A stretch of 64,000 bases of DNA from a virus: the IMG/VR virus record IMGVR_UViG_3300025519_000044, positions 1 to 64,000 of that record; one strand, 5' to 3'. Positions within the stretch are counted from its first letter, which is position 1. Every line of letters begins with the position of its first letter. Below are positions 18,063-27,707 of the stretch, piece by piece. Under the pieces are notes generated by a model. It did no database searches, was not told the origin of the DNA, and saw only the letters and a list, made by a program, of their open reading frames with translations. A program made the position numbers and the translations under genes.

Positions 18063-19019
18063 ATGAACCATTACCGTTTAGAAACCATTTACACACTGCT
18101 GCAACCTTTAAGCCATATCGGGGAAAGCGAATCAACTCAAAGCTTTCTGAATACGACTACAGTCGTCAACGATGGAAAGCCGGAGGAAGTATTTGTTTAT
18201 ACGGGAAATGCTTTGAGAGGCATGCTGCGGGACTGTGGGGCGCGTTACTTACTAAACCGGTTAGATATTCGTGTCCCGTTAAAAGCCTTCCATCTGTTGT
18301 TCAGTGGCGGCTCAATCGGTGGTGCCCAGGCGCTGGATATCGATCAGGCGAAGGTAATTCGTAAAGCCCTGCCATTTGTGTCACTGTTCGGAGGAGGCGT
18401 CGGAAATCAGATTCTGGACGGCAAATTGAAGCAGACCTTTGTTTACCCTGTATGCAAAGAAACGAACAACATTATACCAAGTTATGTTGAAAAGTCCGAC
18501 TATAGTTGGAGACATTTTACAAATGTGATTGAGTTTACCCGGAAAGATGACGAGAAGAATGTGAACCTTGCAGAGCAGTTTTTAATTGGACAAACTGAAC
18601 AGCAGTTACTCGAGGGAGAAACCACCAAAAAGAAAAAAGAAAAAGACGGCCCAGCCACACAAATGCGGTATGCAGTTGAATATTTGGCAGCTGGCACGAA
18701 ACTCTGGCACCGGTGGGATATCATTTGTGATGAGCTGGAACTCGGGGCGTTTGTTTCCTGTCTGCATGAATGGCAAAAGCAGCCTTATCTTGGAGGAAAA
18801 AACGGATCCGGATTTGGACTTGTTCAAGCAGACATGGATGTGATTATTAATGGGGAAAGAAAGAAATTCGCCGATATTAGCCCGGAAACCGTTTTCCTCG
18901 GAGAAATTGCAAAAAAAGCAAAAGAAACATATGACGCTCATCTTAAAGAAATGTACGACAATTATGTCATTGATAACAAAGAGGAGTTTACAAAGCTTTT
19001 GGCAGGCGAGGTGAAATGA
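18063..19019 (+). CDS. csf2: Type IV backbone subunit Csf2 (Cas7)
   Basis: PLSHIGE, GNALRGMLRD, LLFSGG, SLFGG, QMRY..E, G-loop LGGKNGSGFG. Confidence 0.9.
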   Translation: MNHYRLETIYTLLQPLSHIGESESTQSFLNTTTVVNDGKPEEVFVYTGNALRGMLRDCGARYLLNRLDIRVPLKAFHLLFSGGSIGGAQALDIDQAKVIRKALPFVSLFGGGVGNQILDGKLKQTFVYPVCKETNNIIPSYVEKSDYSWRHFTNVIEFTRKDDEKNVNLAEQFLIGQTEQQLLEGETTKKKKEKDGPATQMRYAVEYLAAGTKLWHRWDIICDELELGAFVSCLHEWQKQPYLGGKNGSGFGLVQADMDVIINGERKKFADISPETVFLGEIAKKAKETYDAHLKEMYDNYVIDNKEEFTKLLAGEVK

Positions 19020-19699
19020 AGAATTTGAAGATCACGGCCCGTCTTTTGGACGGGCGCGTGAACTCCAATGATGGCATTTTTAATTTGGATAGTATCTTGG
19101 CTTATGCGTGGATGCTGGAAAATCATCCGGATGACTTGCAGAATAACAATTTACGGCCTGATAACGTAATTGAACCGGATTTGCCACTGGCAAAGGATGA
19201 AGATGGCCGGTGGAAAGCATCCCTCGGATTTTACGAACAACATGCTGAAATCGTTGAGTATTGGCATAAAAAAGTAAACGACTTTGACGCGGCCTATTAT
19301 GTGGACTTCCAGGGCAAACGTGGCAAGATTAACGGTGCATCCGGTGAATATAAAGCTTATCGTATGCCACAAATAATACGGGTTGTGAGTGATATTGAAT
19401 TTTATGCCGTCGGGGATCCTGACGAAATTCGGCGCCTACTTGGATATGTAACCAATATCGGTAAGAAAGCATCACAGGGCTATGGTTATGTACGAGAATG
19501 GGCCATAGAAGAAATTGAAGACGACTATACGGATATCGGGCCATATGGAATTATGCGGACACGTCCATTTACAGGCGAGCTCCCGAACGATGGACAAGCC
19601 TATCAAATTAAGAAAGTGCGTCTAAAACCGCCCTACCATTTACACATAGACCGGGTGCCATGCATTATCCCAAACGTGAGGAGAGATCAGCTTGCTTAA
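19016..19699 (+). CDS. csf3: Type IV subunit Csf3 (Cas5)
   Basis: LDSILAYA, LPL, FYAVGD..IRRLL, G-loop IGKKASQGYG. Confidence 0.87.
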   Translation: MKNLKITARLLDGRVNSNDGIFNLDSILAYAWMLENHPDDLQNNNLRPDNVIEPDLPLAKDEDGRWKASLGFYEQHAEIVEYWHKKVNDFDAAYYVDFQGKRGKINGASGEYKAYRMPQIIRVVSDIEFYAVGDPDEIRRLLGYVTNIGKKASQGYGYVREWAIEEIEDDYTDIGPYGIMRTRPFTGELPNDGQAYQIKKVRLKPPYHLHIDRVPCIIPNVRRDQLA

Positions 19700-20408
19700 A
19701 ATAAAACTTCCTGTCCAATTTGACGACGGAAAGGCTATGTATGATGCGGTATTGGCGATCATTCATAAGCAGTCTCCTGTGCTGTCTAAAATGATTCATG
19801 ATAACTACGATTACAACCCATTTAGTGTTGAGTTACCTAATATTGTAAATGTTATAGGCTTAGAGATTGAACCATTTTTTAAAAACCTGAATGGTATCGA
19901 AATATTAAGAGAAGTGTCGTATAAGGATTTAATGAACAGAAAATATGATAATCTGACAATTATGGTACAGTTTCACAATACGACGTTTTCCCGAAAAGGT
20001 TATGACACGCCTATTCCGGATCCAAACCATATTCTTTTAAGCCTTAAAGAGCGTTGGAATCAGCTTTTTCCGGATAAAATCGATATCAAAATTCCATTTC
20101 ATGGAGAAAATACAAGGGAATATACGGTAATTAAATTCTTGAATATCCATTCGGCAGCACACAAAATAGCTGACTATCGGCCATACACCGTTTTTTATGG
20201 CAAAGTGGGATTTAAATTTTACGGAGACGAGGCATACGTTCAAAAAGCAAATATTCTTTTTCGGTTTGCTGAATTTGCGGGTGTTGGACTTAAGCGGCAA
20301 ATGGGAATGGGGGTTACAAAAATATTGGCAAAAGGGGACGTGAAAACAAATGATGACAGAAGCAGAGAAAGAAACGTACATGCTGCGTGCGACGCTGCCG
20401 GGATTTAA
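19692..20408 (+). CDS. cas6: Cas6-family crRNA endoribonuclease
   Basis: YNPFSV, FHNTTF, PIPDP..SLKERWN, C-terminal FAEFAGVGLKRQMGMG G-loop. Confidence 0.82.
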   Translation: MLKIKLPVQFDDGKAMYDAVLAIIHKQSPVLSKMIHDNYDYNPFSVELPNIVNVIGLEIEPFFKNLNGIEILREVSYKDLMNRKYDNLTIMVQFHNTTFSRKGYDTPIPDPNHILLSLKERWNQLFPDKIDIKIPFHGENTREYTVIKFLNIHSAAHKIADYRPYTVFYGKVGFKFYGDEAYVQKANILFRFAEFAGVGLKRQMGMGVTKILAKGDVKTNDDRSRERNVHAACDAAGI

Positions 20409-21126
20409 AAGAAAAGTATCAAGAAGTTTAGAAATTATTCGCGAAGCACTGGCAATAGAAGGCATTAAGTGGTCTGCATCCGTTAGTTTTGGTAAAGATA
20501 GCCTTGTAATGCTCGATTTGCTAAGTCAAGTGATGGACGAAATACCCGTTTATTTTATGGACAGTGATTATAAACTCCCAGAAATATATGAAACTATTGA
20601 AAAAGCACAAGAAAGATATAAAATAAATATTAGTAAGGCCTATTTCGCAGACAGGCGCCCGATGAAAGAAGTATGGGATCAATTCGGGATCCCGGGCATT
20701 AACCGAACTACATCCATGCAAAATAAGGCACTAAAAGTATTAAAGAAAGACGTTTCCGACAGATGGGCAAAAGAAAATGGATACAACGGTATCTTTTGGG
20801 GTATCCGCAAACAGGAGTCCAGTCAACGGAAATGGATGGTCACATCATTTGGCGTGACATTTGAGAATAAGCAAGGATTTTACCGGTGCGCCCCCCTAGC
20901 CTATTGGGATGCCAGTGACATCTGGGCGTACATCGTATCGAGAAACTTGGATTATCCAAAGCTGTATGATTACCAAAAGTATCAAACCCGTGATTGGATC
21001 AGGAATACCGGTTGGGCAACGACAGACGGGGCAGAACGCGGCCGAATCGTTTGGCTTCGTGAATTTTACCCAAACTACTACGACGAATTACGGTGGATGC
21101 TGCCGAAAATAGATGAATACATTTAA
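20350..21126 (+). CDS. cysH: CysH/PAPS-reductase-family protein (type IV-B accessory)
   Basis: SVSFGKDS PP-loop, GIRKQES..R, PLAYW..DIWAYI..YPKLYD. Confidence 0.88.
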   Translation: MMTEAEKETYMLRATLPGFKRKVSRSLEIIREALAIEGIKWSASVSFGKDSLVMLDLLSQVMDEIPVYFMDSDYKLPEIYETIEKAQERYKINISKAYFADRRPMKEVWDQFGIPGINRTTSMQNKALKVLKKDVSDRWAKENGYNGIFWGIRKQESSQRKWMVTSFGVTFENKQGFYRCAPLAYWDASDIWAYIVSRNLDYPKLYDYQKYQTRDWIRNTGWATTDGAERGRIVWLREFYPNYYDELRWMLPKIDEYI

Positions 21127-21143
21127 GTCCGAGGGAAGAACCC

Positions 21144-21190
21144 AGGACGCTGAATTTGCACGCTTTGTGCTGATTTAGCGTCCTTTTTTA
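21144..21190 (+). terminator. Terminator after cysH with a competing upstream hairpin
   Basis: AGGACGCTGAAT..ATTTAGCGTCCT followed by a T run. Confidence 0.75.
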
Positions 21191-21210
21191 TTTTTTTAGG
21201 AGGAAACCAA

Positions 21211-21399
21211 ATGGGCACATTACAAGACGAATTGAAAAAATGGGAAAAGCAGAATCCAAACAAAGGGAAAAAGCCACGAGGAAAGCCAAGAAAGTCGAAA
21301 TCAGAGCATTTAAGCGAACGTGAGATAAAAGATCTTATGGGATATTATGATCCCGTATATAAGCGAGGGAGAGGCGGAGCATGGAGAAATGGAAGATGA
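21211..21399 (+). CDS. Small basic hypothetical protein
   Basis: AGGAGG RBS; DLMG..YKRGRGGAWR motif, also seen at 63793. Confidence 0.7.
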   Translation: MGTLQDELKKWEKQNPNKGKKPRGKPRKSKSEHLSEREIKDLMGYYDPVYKRGRGGAWRNGR

Positions 21400-21857
21400 A
21401 CAAGCAAGAAATCTCACAGGCATTAAAGGATTATCATTGGATGATCAACGAAATCAAGAGACAGCGCAAAATGCTGGAGAATGAAGTGAGAAGCAACATC
21501 ACATCCCAATATGGGGAAGAATCCGCCTTACCGAATCCAAAAGGAACAAATAGTGATCCGGTTTACCGTGAAATTTTACGTCGGGAGAAGACACATCAAT
21601 GGATTAATCGGTTGCAGAAGAAAGTGCTGTTTATTCAGGAACATGTTGATTGCGTGCAAGGAGAACGCGAACGTGCCGTGCTGGAGTGCCTGCTGGACGG
21701 AATGAGCGTCATTGCCATTAGCCGACATATGGGGCTATCAGAACGGAATATTCGGGCCATCCGTGCCAATATTGTGGACACGATGTATGAAAATGCCGGA
21801 AATGCCGGAAATGCCGGAAATGCCGGTTTTGCCGGAAATGCCGAGATTGCCGGATAG
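21381..21857 (+). CDS. Late transcriptional activator (sigma70 region 4/LuxR-like HTH)
   Basis: ERAVLECLLDGMSVIAISRHMGLSER; lies before the packaging genes; start may be 21396. Confidence 0.75.
   Translation: MEKWKMNKQEISQALKDYHWMINEIKRQRKMLENEVRSNITSQYGEESALPNPKGTNSDPVYREILRREKTHQWINRLQKKVLFIQEHVDCVQGERERAVLECLLDGMSVIAISRHMGLSERNIRAIRANIVDTMYENAGNAGNAGNAGFAGNAEIAG
21791..21853 (+). repeat. 7 x 9-bp tandem repeat (AAATGCCGG consensus)
   Basis: Read directly; encodes the NAG-repeat tail. Confidence 0.9.
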
Positions 21858-22086
21858 ATGAAGTACAATAAAAAATATGTGTAAAATGGAAGGCAGGACC
21901 GGAGAGGAAAAATCCGGGGCGTGAGAAATTTCATGAAACCCATGATTCACCTTGCGGTGAACAATACCGAGTTCGGGATATGCGCTTATGCCATAAGGGT
22001 TTCAAAGCTTTGTAATTTTAGTACTTTTATATGCTCATGGCCCTTTCGAAAACTGATATACTTATCGTTATCGGAGGGGGAAATAT

Positions 22087-22347
22087 ATGAAAACATCATT
22101 ACTTATTTCGGTATATCTAGGAGTTGAACAAAATCCTTATCGGGTAATTTCCAAGAATGAACCGAATAGATCTCAGATTCAACAGCTAATAAGAAATATT
22201 TTTAAAACAATAGAGATTGACGTGGATATTGTTTACACGGGGTTTGAACAGCCGTATCGTGATAACAAAAAATACTCATTTACTGTAAATGGTATTGATT
22301 GCACTGTAACGGTTGAGAGATTGAACTATATGGAATTTGAAAAGTAA
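22087..22347 (+). CDS. Hypothetical moron-like protein
   Basis: GGAGGGG RBS; followed by terminator GCACCC-TTCG-GGGTGT and a T run. Confidence 0.65.
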   Translation: MKTSLLISVYLGVEQNPYRVISKNEPNRSQIQQLIRNIFKTIEIDVDIVYTGFEQPYRDNKKYSFTVNGIDCTVTVERLNYMEFEK

Positions 22348-22410
22348 AAGCACCCTTCGGGGTGTTTTTTTATTGCATGCTTATCCATAACATCTCGGAG
22401 GCAATAGAAA

Positions 22411-23625
22411 ATGGAAATTAAAAAAGTTGCAATCGAGCAGATTAATCCAGCTGAATATAATCCTCGGATAGACTTAAAACCAGGAGATCCTCAATATGAT
22501 AAGCTAAAAAAATCCATTGAAGAGTTTGGGTATGTGGATCCCTTAATTTGGAATAAAAGAACGGGAAATTTAGTTGGCGGCCATCAGCGCTTTAAGATTC
22601 TAAAATCGAGTGGAATAACAGAAGTTGAGGTTTCTGTCGTTGACCTCGATATTGATAGAGAAAAAGCTCTAAACTTGGCTCTAAATAAAATAAGTGGCGG
22701 GTGGGATGAATCAAAATTAACCGTGCTGCTGCAGGAATTGGATGAAAGTGATATCGGAATAGAGTTAACTGGTTTCGATGAAAGCGAATTTGAAGACTTA
22801 ATCGAATCATTAGAAAGCCAACTTCCTCTTGAAACAGAAGATGATGAATTTGACGTTGAGGAGGAGCTTCAAAATATTGAAGAACCAGAAACACGTCCGG
22901 GAGATATATGGCAATTAGGTCACCATCGTTTAATATGTGGGGACAGTACTGACATTAAAGTTATTTCTCGCTTGATGGATGGCCAACTCGCTTCAATGGT
23001 ATTCACTGATCCGCCATATAATGTGGATTATGAAGGAAAAACGGAAGATTCTTTAAAAATAATGAACGATAAAATGGACGATAAACAATTTTATCAGTTT
23101 TTATTTGATTTATATACGTCTATGTTCAGCGTTACTGAAGAAGGTGGCGCTATTTACGTTTGCCATGCAGATTCAGAAGGTCAAAACTTTAGGCGGGCAA
23201 TGGTGGAATCAGGGTGGCTTTTAAAACAGTGCATTATATGGGTAAAGAATCAAATCGTAATTGGCCGGCAAGATTATCAATGGCAGCACGAACCGATTCT
23301 TTATGGGTGGAAGCCTGGTGCTTCTCATAAATGGTATGGTGACCGAAAGCAATCTACAGTATGGTTTTTTGATAAACCCCAGCGAAACGGAGAACATCCA
23401 ACAATGAAACCCATACCACTCGTTGCAAACGCAATCCAGAATTCATCAAAGAAAGGCGATATTGTTCTTGATGTTTGTGGTGGCAGTGGAACAACAATGA
23501 TGGCTGCTGAACAGACAGAACGAATTTGCTATATGAGTGAAATGGATCCGAAATATTGTGATGTTATTAAAAATCGATACGAAAACTTAACAGGAAATAA
23601 AGCAAAATTATTGATGAGAGCATAA
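22411..23625 (+). CDS. ParB-like domain fused to N6/N4 DNA methyltransferase
   Basis: YNPR..GGHQR (ParB); DPPYN, HPTMKP, D..GGSGTT. Confidence 0.92.
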   Translation: MEIKKVAIEQINPAEYNPRIDLKPGDPQYDKLKKSIEEFGYVDPLIWNKRTGNLVGGHQRFKILKSSGITEVEVSVVDLDIDREKALNLALNKISGGWDESKLTVLLQELDESDIGIELTGFDESEFEDLIESLESQLPLETEDDEFDVEEELQNIEEPETRPGDIWQLGHHRLICGDSTDIKVISRLMDGQLASMVFTDPPYNVDYEGKTEDSLKIMNDKMDDKQFYQFLFDLYTSMFSVTEEGGAIYVCHADSEGQNFRRAMVESGWLLKQCIIWVKNQIVIGRQDYQWQHEPILYGWKPGASHKWYGDRKQSTVWFFDKPQRNGEHPTMKPIPLVANAIQNSSKKGDIVLDVCGGSGTTMMAAEQTERICYMSEMDPKYCDVIKNRYENLTGNKAKLLMRA

Positions 23626-23751
23626 AGAAAAGGGATGTTAGCGCACCCTCCTTTTATTAATTGCTGATAACCACAGCAGAGATAGTGAAACAGCTTGACT
23701 ATGATAGTCTAAAGAGCGCTATCTCGATTCCTATTTTAGTTTAGGAATGGG

Positions 23752-23982
23752 GTGCTTGCAATAAAAAACAAAAACAAGAGTTCGCAAGATGAATTGTTAC
23801 AGCATGAATTAGAAGTCTTGGCGGGCATCGCAACATCAAAAGAAAAATATAGAAAGATTGTACAGGCGGGCATCGCTCAATGGATTCGTGACTTCCAAAG
23901 TGGGAAAATTAGAGTCACTACCGTTGATGATTTGAAAAAACTAATTGAGATAGATTTGGAACTCCAAAAAGACGAGTTATAA
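23752..23982 (+). CDS. Hypothetical protein
   Basis: ORF upstream of terS. Confidence 0.6.
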   Translation: MLAIKNKNKSSQDELLQHELEVLAGIATSKEKYRKIVQAGIAQWIRDFQSGKIRVTTVDDLKKLIEIDLELQKDEL

Positions 23983-24019
23983 AAAACAACTTAATTTGTG
24001 GGGGTGGCGGTGATGTGAC

Positions 24020-24889
24020 GTGGCAAGACCTAGAGACCCGAGACGAGACGAAGCAAAAGACATATGGTTAAAGAGCGGCGGAAATCTTAAATTGGTTGAC
24101 CTTGCTAAACGGATGGGTGTCACGAGCAATACCGTACGAAAGTGGAAAGCAACAGACAAATGGGATGCTGAATTAAAAGGGAGCGCTCCTAAAACAAAAA
24201 GGAGCGCTCCTAAAAGCTCTAAAGGAAAGCGTGGCGCCCCAAAGGGAAATCAAAATGCCAAAGGAAACTCGGGTGGTGCTCCGGTTGGAAACAAAAATTC
24301 AGTAAAGACTGGAGAATATGAATCACTTATGTGGGATTTTCTTGATGATGATGAAAAGGCGTTATTTCCAGTAATTCCAACTGACACAATTTTTCAACTG
24401 GAGATGACTATCCGGGAGTTAACCATTCGGCAACGCCGCATGATGAAGCGCATCAAACGAATAGAAGATGGGCTCACTGAAAAGCAGCGAACAGTTTTAC
24501 AAGAATTAAAAGATATGAAAGATATTCATGTTGTTGAAAAAAATGGGGTCGAAGTCAATGTCCCTGTTAAAACTTCTGCTTTAGTTGTAACCAAGATTGA
24601 GGAAACAGAATTCAAAAAAATTGATGATATTTTAAGCCTTGAAGAGGCACTCACACGTGTGACAGATAAACTTTTAAAGGCGTTAAAACAGAAAAATGAA
24701 ATAGAACGTGATGAGATTGAAAAACAGCTCAAGCTAGAAAAGATGCGAGTGGAAATCACTAAAACAAAAGCTGAAATCAAGGAAATCACGAATGAAAGCA
24801 ACCCGGACGACCGGACGATCATTATCAACAACGAGGATGAAATGAGGCGGATTTTGAATGAACGCAATCAAAATAACCGACCTGATTAA
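24020..24889 (+). CDS. terS: Terminase small subunit
   Basis: MARPRDPRR HTH, GAPKGNQNA motifs; precedes terL. Confidence 0.88.
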   Translation: MARPRDPRRDEAKDIWLKSGGNLKLVDLAKRMGVTSNTVRKWKATDKWDAELKGSAPKTKRSAPKSSKGKRGAPKGNQNAKGNSGGAPVGNKNSVKTGEYESLMWDFLDDDEKALFPVIPTDTIFQLEMTIRELTIRQRRMMKRIKRIEDGLTEKQRTVLQELKDMKDIHVVEKNGVEVNVPVKTSALVVTKIEETEFKKIDDILSLEEALTRVTDKLLKALKQKNEIERDEIEKQLKLEKMRVEITKTKAEIKEITNESNPDDRTIIINNEDEMRRILNERNQNNRPD

Positions 24890-26150
24890 CCCGGTGTTTT
24901 ATGATTTCTGGTTAAACGATAAGCCGAACAGCATTTTAAAAGGCGGCCGGTCATCCATGAAATCATCAGTCATATCCCTAAAGCTTGTCATCGATTTTTT
25001 AAACGATGATCAGGGAAACGTTGTGGTGCTCCGAAAGGTTGGCAAATACTTGTCAACATCCGTTTATGAACAAATCAAATGGGCCGTATACATGCTCAAA
25101 GTGGAAAATGAGTTCTATTTTGGTAAATCACCGTTGATCATTCGACATAAACGGACAAACACGGCGTTTTATTTTTACGGTGTTGACGATCCGATGAAAA
25201 TCAAATCCGCCAAGATTGCAAAGGGATATGTCATGGCACTTTGGTTTGAGGAACTGGCCGAGTTTGCAGGCGTTGAGGATATCGATATTGTTTCCGATAC
25301 GTTCATCCGGCAGGACCTGGGCGACAAAGAGGTTAAAATCTATTACTCATACAATCCGCCCCGAAACCCGTATGAGTGGGTGAATGAATGGGTTGACAGC
25401 AAAGCCGGGGATCAGGATTATTTCATCCACCATTCAACCTATATGGATGACGAGAAAGGTTTCCTGTCGCATCAGATGATCCGGAAAATCGAACAGTACA
25501 AGGAAAATGACCTTGATTACTGGCGCTGGATGTATGCCGGTGAGATTATCGGCCTCGGCGATATGGTTTACAATATGAACCATTTCCATTGGATTGATGA
25601 GCTGCCGCAAGATGATGACCTGTTGCTGATCGATATCGCGATTGATTCCGGGTACCAGACATCTGCGACAACGTTTTGTGCATTCGGACTTACGAAACGG
25701 TTAAATGTCATTTTGCTTGACACTTATTACTATTCTCCTCAAAATCGAGTCGTTAAAAAAGCGCCGAGTGAATTCTCAACCGACTTGAAAGAGTTTGAAG
25801 TTAAGTTAGCGGAGTTTAGGAGAAACATCGACATGAGGACGATAGACAGTGCAGAGGGTGCTTTGAGAAACCAATACATGAAAGATTTTGGTGTGCGGCT
25901 GCATCCAATCGCAAAAAAGAAAAAGGTGAACATGATCGAGAACGTTCAAGACCTGCTTGCGCAAGGTCGTTTTTTTATGCTCCGAAACAATAACAATCAG
26001 ATTTTTTATGAAGAGCACAAGAAGTACCAATGGGACGCTGACACGTTGCAGAGTGATGATCCTAAAGTAATCAAGGTTGATGATCACACTTGTGATGCCT
26101 TCCAATACTACGTCAATGACAATTTGCAGAAACTGCGATTGAAATATTAA
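24858..26150 (+). CDS. terL: Terminase large subunit, PBSX family
   Basis: KGGRSSMKS, LWFEE, YNPP, DDHTCDA. Confidence 0.95.
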   Translation: MNAIKITDLINPVFYDFWLNDKPNSILKGGRSSMKSSVISLKLVIDFLNDDQGNVVVLRKVGKYLSTSVYEQIKWAVYMLKVENEFYFGKSPLIIRHKRTNTAFYFYGVDDPMKIKSAKIAKGYVMALWFEELAEFAGVEDIDIVSDTFIRQDLGDKEVKIYYSYNPPRNPYEWVNEWVDSKAGDQDYFIHHSTYMDDEKGFLSHQMIRKIEQYKENDLDYWRWMYAGEIIGLGDMVYNMNHFHWIDELPQDDDLLLIDIAIDSGYQTSATTFCAFGLTKRLNVILLDTYYYSPQNRVVKKAPSEFSTDLKEFEVKLAEFRRNIDMRTIDSAEGALRNQYMKDFGVRLHPIAKKKKVNMIENVQDLLAQGRFFMLRNNNNQIFYEEHKKYQWDADTLQSDDPKVIKVDDHTCDAFQYYVNDNLQKLRLKY

Positions 26151-26162
26151 GGCGGTGATGCC

Positions 26163-27704
26163 ATGTTTCAAAACATTCTAGCACGCCTGAAAGGAATGTT
26201 TGCAAAAATGGGCCTGATCAAAGAAATAAACAATGTAAGCCAACTGGCAGCCGTCCAGGAATCAGAGCGGCAATACAATCGAATAGAGATTTGGAAATCC
26301 CTCTATCACGGCCATTTGGCGCAATACTATGGTGTCCCGTTTCATGAGACCCATTGGACAAGTGTGGACGGTGTTAGGCATAAACGGCGCCGGGCAACGA
26401 TGGGTATGTCGAAGGTTGTCAGTCAGGAAATGGCAAAACTGGTTTTTAATGAGAAATGCGTGGTTAACATTTCGTGCGAAGGCAATGAGGCAGTTGAGGA
26501 AATGCTGCAGGATATCTTGAAACGCAGCCATTTCCACAAGCTGTTTCAGGACAAGCTCGAGACCATGTTCGCGATGGGTGGACTCGTAATCAAACCTTAT
26601 TACAAGGACGGTAGCATTCATTTTTCTTTCGTGACGGCTGACTGTTTCCTGCCTGTACAGAGTACAAATGACCACATCGAGGCGGGCGTATTTCTAAACG
26701 TAACTCGCAAAGGTAAAAAATTTTACACGCTGCTGGAATGGCATACGTGGGATGACGACGGAACGTATGTGATCACGAATGAACTGTACGAAAGCGACAC
26801 AGAAGGAGCGCTCGGCTATAAGGTGCCATTGACAATCCTCTACCCGGATATTGAGCCGGAAACACGAATTGACGGGCTTACGCATCCGTTATTCGTGTAT
26901 ATAAAGCCAAACCTGGCCAATAATTTTGATTTGGATTCTCCACTTGGCATTTCGATTTACGCTAACGCGATCGATACACTCAAAAGTCTCGATGTGGCGT
27001 TTGACAGTTTCCAGCGTGAATTTATCCTGGGAAAAAAGCGCATAATGGTTCCGCAGCAGGCCTTGCGTACCGTTGTGGACCCGGCGACAGGGCAAATGGT
27101 ACGGTATTTCGACGTTGAAGACGAGGTGTTTAAAGCTTACGCCGACACAGACAATGAGGACAAAATTCAGGACATTTCCGTTGAATTGCGTGTACAAGAA
27201 CACATTGACGCCATTAACGCACTGCTAAACATTCTAGCTTCACAGATCGGCTTTTCGGCCGGCACGTTTGCTTTTACAGGCGGCGCAAGCGTTCAAACCG
27301 CAACGCAAGTCATCAGCGAGAACAGCCAAACATTTCGAACAAAGAACTCTCATGAAACCGTTATTGAGGCTGGTCTGAAAGAACTAATTCATGTCATGGC
27401 CGAAATGTTGGTACTTTACGGCGAGTTAGACAGCATACCAGAAATCGATGTGACGGTTGACTTTGACGACTCCATTGCTGAGGACCGCATCCAGAACGCG
27501 AATTTCTACATGACACTAGTCGCAGCCGAACTCATGCCAAAGATTGAAGCCATTCAGCGCATCTTTGATTTGACCGAAGAACAGGCGCAGGAATGGCTCA
27601 AGCAAATTCAGCAAGAGAGCACCCAACAGGTGCCACAGATGATGGAAAGCTTTTTGAGCACAGCTGAAACAAGTATCCGAAACGTAAACAGGACGGGGAG
27701 ATAA
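26163..27704 (+). CDS. Portal protein (A118-like)
   Basis: SPLGISIY, QTATQVISE, VDFDDSI; follows terL. Confidence 0.92.
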   Translation: MFQNILARLKGMFAKMGLIKEINNVSQLAAVQESERQYNRIEIWKSLYHGHLAQYYGVPFHETHWTSVDGVRHKRRRATMGMSKVVSQEMAKLVFNEKCVVNISCEGNEAVEEMLQDILKRSHFHKLFQDKLETMFAMGGLVIKPYYKDGSIHFSFVTADCFLPVQSTNDHIEAGVFLNVTRKGKKFYTLLEWHTWDDDGTYVITNELYESDTEGALGYKVPLTILYPDIEPETRIDGLTHPLFVYIKPNLANNFDLDSPLGISIYANAIDTLKSLDVAFDSFQREFILGKKRIMVPQQALRTVVDPATGQMVRYFDVEDEVFKAYADTDNEDKIQDISVELRVQEHIDAINALLNILASQIGFSAGTFAFTGGASVQTATQVISENSQTFRTKNSHETVIEAGLKELIHVMAEMLVLYGELDSIPEIDVTVDFDDSIAEDRIQNANFYMTLVAAELMPKIEAIQRIFDLTEEQAQEWLKQIQQESTQQVPQMMESFLSTAETSIRNVNRTGR

Positions 27705-27707
27705 TCT

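Noticed and set aside
20350-21126. cysH as a sulfate-assimilation gene or DndC of phosphorothioation
   Set aside because: No other cys or dnd genes are present, and it is translationally coupled to the csf-cas6 genes.
14725-22400. CRISPR array adjacent to the csf operon
   Set aside because: No repeat-spacer periodicity seen by eye in the flanking gaps. The 9-bp repeats at 21791 have no spacers and are better explained as activator sites.
23660-23700. Second hammerhead (CTGATAA..GAAA)
   Set aside because: The core is not CUGANGA and the stems do not close correctly.
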